Part shown: positions 55,570 through 64,000 of the stretch, piece after piece
How positions within the stretch are numbered: position 1 is the first letter of the stretch
Layout: each line of letters starts with the position of its first letter
NCBI RefSeq assembly: GCF_001447785.1
Contig: NW_015171566.1
Span: forward strand, 3,568 to 67,567
Length of the DNA stretch: 64,000 nt
Origin: Gekko japonicus
Taxonomy: Eukaryota
Direction of reading: 5' to 3'
The notes under the pieces: model-generated
Database searches by the model: none
Told to the model about the DNA's origin: nothing
Seen by the model: the letters and a program-made list of their open reading frames with translations, nothing else
Made by a program: the position numbers and the translations under genes

Positions 55570-58500
55570 TCTTAGAGGCACAGGAGCCCTGCTGCGAAAA
55601 AATGCGGCAGCCATGTTTCCCCCTCTTTAGCCACGAGGAGGCGCCCGTTCTGCATCATGAAGAAGACCCTGCTGCAACTGCTGACTCACAGCCACCCATT
55701 CCACTGGGCATTCCAGGCAAGAGACTTTCAGAGGTGGCTTGCCCTTGCCTGCCTCTGCATAGCAACCCCAGTCTTCCTTGGTGGCCTCCCATCCAAGTGC
55801 TGGCTGTGCATAGCTTTCAAGCTTCAACAAGCTTCAGCTAAGCTGGGCCATGCAGGCTGCTTCAGGATCATGAGGGTGTCCCAAAGACGCTTTAGAGAGA
55901 CAATTTCCCAGGGAGGATGGGAAGAAGCCACGCCCTTTGCCATGGCCAGAGGCCCTCTGGGACCGCACCGGGGTGTGTGTGCAGGAACTAGGTTTTCCAA
56001 TTGATTTGCTTTAGCAGTGCATTGGCATACAGGGTGTGGCGAAACGGGGACCCGCCCTCAGCCCTGGGAGACTGAGCCGCTGTTCTGTGGCTCGCAAGCC
56101 CCCGTTTTTGTCTTCCCACCCTACCTGGTTGGGGGTATTTCCCTTCGTTACACGCTGCCACCCCTCACTGAATGGACACCGCCTTCCTAGAGGGACAGTG
56201 AGACTCCTCTGGCCGGTTCCCCCCAATTTGGGAAGTTGGTACGGCAATCACTGGGCGCCCCCTGGAGAGTTGGCAACCCTCCGATTTGGGCCCGTTTGAG
56301 TTCCCTGGCCTCTCTTTGCCTCTGGTGACATGCTGAGTGGGGAGGACTAGGTGGTCAAGGCACACCGGGCTTTATAATTCAAAAAGAAAAGGTTTATTTG
56401 AACTATGTACAAGTTAAGCGCAGAATATAAACACACGAGCACATTAACACAACCTGGGCAGAAAATAAATACGATTTAAAACGCCATTCCTCTGTCCCCT
56501 ACACCCCCCTTCTCTATCTCTGGAGGTTGTGGGCCTCAGGATGGGTTTTGCTTCCCCCCTCCAGTCCTTCACCGGACTGGTCACGGGTACTGTTACCCTC
56601 CTGGCTGTCCACCACCGTTTATAGTGGCCTGGGTGCCCTGGAGTCGAGCCGAAGGCCAGACCAGGCTGAGACTAAAAACTCTCTCCTCAGGGGCCAAAGT
56701 CTTTATCCCCTGGCTCCACCCCTGGGGTGTGTTCATTTCCCCCCACACCCTTTTCCCCTAGCGCTTCTGGGAAATGTAGGCAGGCAAATGAGGAAGTCCC
56801 AGTCAACCCTGTGAGCATTACCTCTGTCTAGAACTACAGGCCACTTACCCTTAGGGCTGCCAAGTGGGGGCGGGTAAACTCCCGCTTTGGAGGCCCGATT
56901 TCCGCCACCGCGGAATCGGGCCCCGGGGGGAACTCCGCCCCCCGAAGCGCAGCGTGGCTGCGTCACCAGAGGTGACGCAACCACGTCAATCACGTTGGGG
57001 GCGTGGCCCGGATCATCGGAGGGAAAACTCTACGTAGCGCTTCCCCCGAAAGGCGCACAACGCTTCATACGCATTGCAGTGCTGCGACACCCCCTCCTCG
57101 GGTTGCCAGCCTCCAGGTGGGGACTGGAGACCTCCCGCTTTTACAACTGCTCTCCAGCTGACAGAGATCAGCTCCCGTGGAGAAAATGGCTGCTTTGAGG
57201 GGTGGACTCTGTGGCCTTGTACCATGCTGAGGCCCCTCCCCTCCCCCGGATCCACCCCCAAAGTCTCTAGGTATTTTCCAGCCCTGACCTGGCACCCCTA
57301 CAGTGCAGTCATGACAAAACAGGTATTCCCGCCTCCTTACGCAGTGTGTGTGTGAGAGAGAGGGGGGAAGCTTCACCGGTTGAATTCCTGCCTGCCATGG
57401 GAGAGCAGTAAGGGCACAAGAGAAAATTTGGCAGCCTCCCCCCCCCCCTTCCACTCCAGAACTGGTTTCTCCTCCACCCCCTTTTCTTCCTGTCTGACTC
57501 ACTGGCCGTTCAAACAATCTCGGTTCCTTTCAGATATTTTTTTCCCCTTTGCCTCAAAGCCCCTGGAATGTCTGAAATTAATTCTTTTGACTAGCAAGTG
57601 GCGGCGGGGTGGGGGTGGGGGGAGGAATCGACAGGCCAGGACTTCTACACTCTCCCCCTGGAGAAGAGGATTCTTCTTGGCAGTTCGGATTCTGGGGAGG
57701 GGGGTCACCTCACGGTCTCCAGAAGTGCTCAGGTGGGCTCCAGAGGGGCAGAGAGGCTCAAAGGCCGGGGTTCCCTCTCTGCCTCCGATTCTTTCTTGGA
57801 CTCTCCTCCCCTCCGTCTGTGATTCATTCTCTTGTTCCGGCTGGGTTGCTTCCACCGTCCATTGCTCTGCCGGCCCCACACATTCCTTCCTCATGAGCTG
57901 ATCCGTCTGGGCTTTCTCATCTTCTGGTTTCCGTCTCTTTAATCTTCTCCTTCTCTTTTGCCGGCTCGCCCTGGTTTTTCTTCTTCTCCAAAATTGGATT
58001 TTAAAGATTTCCACATTTATTCCTCCTGCAGCCAAATTTGCTCTCTCTGTGTGGCCCTCTGTGTGAGAACAGGAAACCTGAACCGATTGTCGTTGTCTCT
58101 GCACAAAGGCTTCAAAGTAACCTGCTCACCTATAGCGAGCCCAAATTGTTTCCAGGTAACCAGACAGAAATGTTTTTGCAAACAAGAGGATTATTACCCC
58201 CTATCTTCAAGCCTTTCTATGTGTAGGTCAGCTAGTAATTTTTAGTAAGGCTGCCAATGGTTTTTAAGTAACTTTTGCTACCAGTGTCAAACGTGGTTCA
58301 ACTGTTGCCAAAAGCCAGATTCTACCAAATAACGCACTTTCAATCCTTTTTCAGTGCACTCTGCGACTGGATTTTACTGTGTGAAATGGCAAAATCCACT
58401 TGCAAACGGTGGCTGCACATGCTAAATAATGCAGGTTCAGTCCACTTCAGCGACCGTGTCTCCCAGTATGTCCCCCAAAAGGTTTTACGGTCATCAGAAC

Positions 58501-60554
58501 AATATTTTCTGGTGAGTTCTGGCTCTGGCCTGGTGGAACGCTCTCCCAAATGAGATCAGGGCCCCGCAGGACATATTACAGTTCCGCAGGGCGTGTAAAA
58601 CAGAGTTGTTCCACCAGGCCTTTGTTTGAGGTGGTGGATGTGCATCAGCCTCCCCAGCTCCAATCCACCCCTGTGTGGTGCACTATCTCAACCTGTGCCA
58701 TAGGCAGTGGTTTTTTGCCCACTTGCTCGATACACTGGTGCTTTTGGGGCACCCATACAGCAAGAACCTGGAAGTTCTGTCAAATTATTGCTTTGCCATC
58801 ATGTGTCTTCTCAACGGGGGCTGCGGTCACACTGGAGGCTTGCCGTGCCAGTTTGGTGTAGTGGTTAAGTGCGCGGACTCTAATCTGGGAAAACCGGATT
58901 TGATTCCCCACTCCTCCACACGCAGCTGCTGGATGACCTTGGGCACGCCATAGTTCTCTCAGAGCTGTTCTCTCATGGACAGTTCTCTCAGAGCTCTCTC
59001 AGCCCCGCCTACCTCACAGGCGGTCTGTTGTGGGGAGGGGAAGGAAAAGGAGTTTGTAAGCCGCTCTGAGACTCTCTTGGGTAGTGAAGGGCGGGGTATA
59101 AATCCAATCTCCTCCTCCACCACCACCGGGTTAAAGTGCTGCAGGACTGACCTACCAGACAGCACAACCTGGGGCGGTTTCCCCACCTGCTCATCTGGGG
59201 GCCAGACGTTCACATCAGCCCCTCAACCACAGAGTATGCTGTCCAGTCATTTTTTAATGCAGGTGGGTGCATGCACATATAGGCAGCAACTTTAAAAAAA
59301 ACAGTGGTGGAAACGGATCCGCAGGTGCAGACTTTTCTTCTGGGTTCCTTTTATGGCAGGAGAGTTCAGACCTCCGGGAAAGTGGGGTGGAAGCGCTGGC
59401 ATACCCATTAAGACCAAGCTTCTCCCGGTGCCTAGATTACTCCACTTCCAAAGTGGGGCAACGGGGTGGGGGTGCCGATGACTGGGGCACGGAAGGCACA
59501 TGCTGTCATCTGATCATGCTCTTTAAATCTGCAAAGGTTACACTACTATATCACGGCAAACAGCCTGGGTTTTATTTGTAATTGTATGGAAATTGCTTTT
59601 AATTGTTTTATATGCCTGTTGTAACGTACCCTGAGCCTGCCTGAGGGGTACATTAAATTCCACACAGTAGAATCCAGTCGCAAAGTGCATTGAAAGTGCG
59701 TTATTTGGTGCGTTATTTGGTGCACCAGATCAAAGCGATACAGTGGAGTTGGACCTCCCTTTGCAGTTGGCTCAGGGTGTATTTTTGTGGCAGTAGTCCA
59801 GTGGTATAACATTGGGGGGGGGGGGAGAACACTGGAGAAATCTATCCCCACTTCCACCTCTTTGCCTTGACCCACAGAAGGAATTTCCCAAGACATTCCC
59901 AGGCCAGGGGGGACTGTGCTATGCTCCTGGGACACGTCTGCAAACCTCAAGCTTTCGTGTCTGTCACGGCTTTGGCCAAGGAATCTTGGAGGAAGCGGAA
60001 TGTTCTCTCTTACGCAACAGAACTACAGTTCCCAGGATACCTTGAGGAAAGCTCCAGTAGTCCAACTGGTTTGGGTTGTAGAGTCTGAACTCTGCGGCTG
60101 ATTTCACAACTCTGTCACATTTTGCGCGGATGTTTGTGTTACCCTTAGTGTGATGAAAGAGGAGGTAATCTTGTGCCAACCACATGGCTAGAATGGAGAA
60201 CTTGGCTACACTTTTCACCCTGCCTGATGAAAGAGCCCTTGTGTGTGTAAGGCAGAAACTGGCACAACCAATCCTCTCAGCTAAGAAGTCCTGGGGCTCA
60301 GGACGGCCTAGCAGCCCTCCTCAAGATCGCCCCCTTTTTCTGTGGGGCCCTGCTTCTTTGACAGCTGTCTCACACACAAAATGCACCAGATCAAAATTTG
60401 CCAGCATCGGCGTACAGCCCGTATTGACTTTTTAAAGGCCTCTCTGTACATGCTCCAAGGGACTTTTTATTGCTACTTCAAATGTTGCAGTGCTGTGCAT
60501 AAAGGAGGCATAATTAATCCCTTTGAGGATTAAAAAAAAATCACCTCACCTATG

Positions 60555-61725
60555 TGGGTGTGTTAAGTGCCGCTAAGTCATTTCTGACTTATGGCAACCC
60601 TATAAATTGATAAACTTCAAAACGTCCCGTCATTAACAGCCTTGCTCACGTCTTGCAAACTGAGGGCCCTTGTGGCTTCCTTGACTGACTCCACCCATCT
60701 CATGCCGGATGAGACTTTTCCTTGCATTATTGTCTTTTCCAGTAACTTTTCAACTTTTCCTTGCATTATTGTCTTTTCCAGTAACTTTTGTCTTCTCATG
60801 ATGTGATCAAAGTAGAACAGCCTCAGTTGAGTCATTTGACCTTCTAGGTCAGTGGTGGCGAACCTATGGCACGGGTGCCAGAGGTGGCACTCAGAGCCCT
60901 CTCTGTGGGCACGCGCGCCATCACCTCAGCCAGGCCCAGACCATCATTAAAGTGTCGAATTCTCTGCCAAATAATTTTAAGTAAATGAAAGCATTTGGGA
61001 TTGCTTTCCTTACTTTGTTTGGATCATCTTAAGTTAATGTATGAGTTGTTTTTTCTAAAGTAAAACCTCAGTATTCAGGTTAAATTGCCGTGTTGGCACT
61101 TTGCGATAAATAAGTGGGCTTTGGGTCGCAGTTTGGGCACTCGGTCTCTAAAAGGTGTGCCATCACTGTTCTAGGTAGAATTCAGGCCTGATTTGATCTA
61201 GAATTCACTTGTCCTTTTGGTGGTCCACGGTATCCATAAAACTCTCTTCCCACACCACATTTCAAAGGAATCAACTTTCTTCCTGTCAGTTTTCTTCATT
61301 GTCCAACTTTCACACCTTGTTCCCGCTAAGCTGTGGGGTCTTGTGAGCAAAAATTCTACTTTGTGAGCTACTGGCATTAAAGTTGTGAGCAAGCAATATG
61401 GCTAGTGCATAAATTAGCTTGCTCTGAAGCCATCCTTCCTGAGCTAAGACAAAAAATGTGTGAGCCGGAGTCTGAAAAACTGTGAGCTAGCTCACACTAA
61501 CTCAGCTTAGAGGGAACACTGCCTTACATAGTAATGCAGGATACTAGAGTATGAATTATCTTGGTCTGGGTCACCAGCAACACGTCCTTACACTTAAAGA
61601 TCTTTTCTAGTTCCTTCATGGCTGCTCTTACGGCTCTCAATCTCCTGATTTCTTGGTCGATGCCAGAGCCAAAGAACAGGAAATCTTTAACAATTTCATT
61701 TCCTTCATCGCCAGCCTTAAAGCTG
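60555..61725 (-). mobile_element. Degraded RTE (BovB-like) LINE fragment interrupted by two MITEs; a + strand remnant lies at ~53410-54420
   Basis: Translated pieces CESWTMKKTDRKKVDSFEMWC..RVLWIPWT, LRLFYFDHIMRR..LEKTIMQGKVE and EIVKDFLFFGS. Confidence 0.8.
60850..61168. mobile_element. hAT-Charlie MITE, second copy, nested in an RTE fragment
   Basis: Perfect 8-bp TSD ttctaggt (60842-60849/61169-61176). Confidence 0.9.
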
Positions 61726-64000
61726 TGCAATTCCCTCACCTATACATGCTTTTTGAAAACCCCCAGATTTTTAATAGCCTGCCCTCCCTCTCAAGGTCTT
61801 GAAATAAGGTGGGGGACGAAAAAGACTTTCCTCGGCAGTTTCTTCCACTTAAGAAAATCGGGGACCTACAAGCACCCTGATCTCTAGAGCCGGTGGTGGC
61901 TTCAAGGGCCACACATTTCCCCGACAGTGTCCTGCCAGAAGGTACCTCCGATCTCGCTCTCCTGCCGCCGCCACCTTCCGATGACTCACCGGGGTGGTGT
62001 CAGACACAGGCTGGTTATGAACTAAGGGGACAGGAATGTGCAGCCAGCCGGGGCCAGAAGGGCAGACGCAAGAAAGGGAGAGTGAGTCACAGAGCGGGGG
62101 AGAAGGAAACTGTGGGGGAGGAAGGGATCCCAACAAAAGGAGCAGAAAGGCTTCAGGAAAGGGGAGAAGATTTTTCAAGATTAAAAAGAAACTCGGGGGA
62201 AGGGGGAGTCACAGAGACAGAAGTGAACAGAAGGCAGACTTGGGGAGGGGGGGGGGGGGGGGGGAGTGATGGATTTTTGATCACTGGCACCGAAAACGAG
62301 CCCGTTCAGAGTGCCATGACCTCATTACGGCTCATTTTTCCTTTCTGCTTTTCAAGGTGGAGAAAAGCGTTAACGATCAGGCTTTGGGGGAAATAACGCA
62401 GGCCCGGGGTCCTTTAAATCACACCACCGACACCTTCTGAAGAAACACAACTGTTCTGCGGTTACAATGACCACCTGGGGAATTCTGAGCGTTCGTTTTT
62501 TTTAATTTTGTTTCTTCTTCTTTTTTTAAACCTAAAGGCACAGCACCGCGGGACCCAGCATGAGAACATAAGAACATAAGAGACGCCAATGTTGGATCAG
62601 GCCAAAAGCCCATCCAGTCCAACACTCTGTGTCACACAGTGGCCNNNNNNNNNNNNNNNNNNNNNNNNNNNNNNNNNNNNNNNNNNNNNNNNNNNNNNNN
62701 NNNNNNNNNNNNNNNNNNNNNNNATCCCTTGCCCCAGACCGAGAGTTCCTATCTATACCTTGTGGCTAACAGCCACTGATGGACCTCTGCTCCATAAGTT
62801 TACCCAATCCCCTCTTGAAGCCGTCCATGCGAAAGACAAGGCATTTTTTAAGATGCCCCCTTCTCGTCGCTGGCCGCAAAACGCTTGCTGGAATGTCAAG
62901 GCCTGGCCTTGCTTCCAGATGATAAAGAAATTTGAGTTTGCATGGAATTCTGGGAGAACCGAAAGTACAGGGAGTGGCCTCCCAGCATCCTTCTGTGTGG
63001 GCTCTCAAAGTTTGGAAGGGGGGGGTACATGAGGTAGGTTGCTGCCGGCCTCCAGGTGGAAGATTATTTTCAGTATTCAAATAAGGCCTTCCTTTCTTAG
63101 GCAAGACGGACTCCCCCCTCGTTCCTTGGCTACAGAATCGAGAAGAACGACTGAAAGGGGGAAAAGAAAGCAGGGTAAAAATATAAACAGAGGGCGATTC
63201 GTTTTAAGGAACTAAAAGACACTGTTGTGATTTCCCTTCAGCCGAAGTGCAAATGCCACAAAATATAGCGGATCGGCACAGCTGTTTCACGCGTGGCTCC
63301 AGTCTCCTTGAAGGGAAGGAGAAACACCCGTGATCTGTAACCCTAAGGAAACAGAAGCCCACACGAACGTCCACTTCCCATGTGGGAAATTAGCCCCAGC
63401 GCCATAGATGGGTCATAAGGAGAGCAGCCAAACAGGGGGCAGAATCAATGAATTTGTTACTCGATTAACAGTGCAGTCCTAAACAGAGGAACAGGGCCGG
63501 CTCTCTCACTAGGTGAACTAGGCGTTTGCCTAGAGCGGGCTGGCCCTTAGGGGCACCAAACTGCACCCGCCCCCCCCACCAAAAGCCCCCCTACCCAGCA
63601 CAGCCCATTCCTGTGACCTGCCAGCCCGTGGGAGGCTCCACCGGCAGGGGCTGTGAAAGGCGCTGGGCAGCTGGGTGAGGCAGCAGCCGGGCAAAGTTGG
63701 TGCGGAAATCCTCTGGCCACCAGCGGCAGCACCCAAATGAGGGGGGCAATGCACAGGGGGAGGGGGCGGCGCACGGGGGCCCCCAGAAGGGATCCTCGCC
63801 TAAGGTGCAAGATAAGCTGGGGCTGGCCCTGCAGAGGGACCCCCTTCTAAACCCACTGGAGTCAATGGTCTTAGAACGATACAACCTTGTTTAGGATTGC
63901 CATTCCAACCCCGGAGTGGGGGGAAGCAGTTAGGGTTGCCAGCTCAGGGTTGGGAAATACCTGGAGATTTTGGGGGTGGAGCCTGAGGAGGGAGAGGTTT

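Noticed and set aside
56035-56840. Possible solo LTR (TGT...ACA, antisense AATAAA)
   Set aside because: No matching TSD or second copy; boundaries cannot be supported.
57499-58104. 201-aa minus-strand ORF (basic/acidic, RRRKTRASRQKRRRRLKRRK)
   Set aside because: Low-complexity purine-rich sequence with no ATG start, no recognisable domain, no match to recalled BICDL2 and no partner exons found. It could be a repeat remnant and needs BLAST/RNA-seq.
61988-62025. Small candidate minus-strand exon with a GTGAGT donor
   Set aside because: Isolated splice-like signals with no gene model.

Overview
Eukaryotic (vertebrate) genomic DNA, not prokaryotic. The repeat content (Sauria SINEs, Squam3-like CORE SINEs, BovB/RTE, CR1, hAT MITEs, Penelope-derived palindromes) points to a squamate reptile, most likely a gecko. 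Five spliced protein-coding genes were reconstructed by hand with GT-AG introns and consistent phases: a divergent RAB35 paralog (+, 6 exons, 202 aa), HCFC1R1 (-, 5 coding exons, 246 aa), THOC6 (+, 12 coding exons, about 327 aa, head-to-head with HCFC1R1 across a CpG-rich promoter), a Mab-21/cGAS-like (MAB21L3-like) gene whose nucleotidyltransferase catalytic triad is degenerate (-, 6 exons, 489 aa), and a ZG16-type secreted jacalin lectin (-, 3 coding exons, 164 aa). The HCFC1R1-THOC6 pair matches the human 16p13.3 neighbourhood, where to my knowledge neither a RAB35 paralog nor a Mab-21 gene exists. The most interesting items are the Mab-21 pseudo-NTase, the probable RAB35 ohnolog with an NKxE G4 motif, the CCDC117-like extra region in HCFC1R1, and palindromic Penelope-derived elements carrying hammerhead-ribozyme cores on both strands. 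Comparisons to human proteins are from recall and need database confirmation. Five N-gaps are present.
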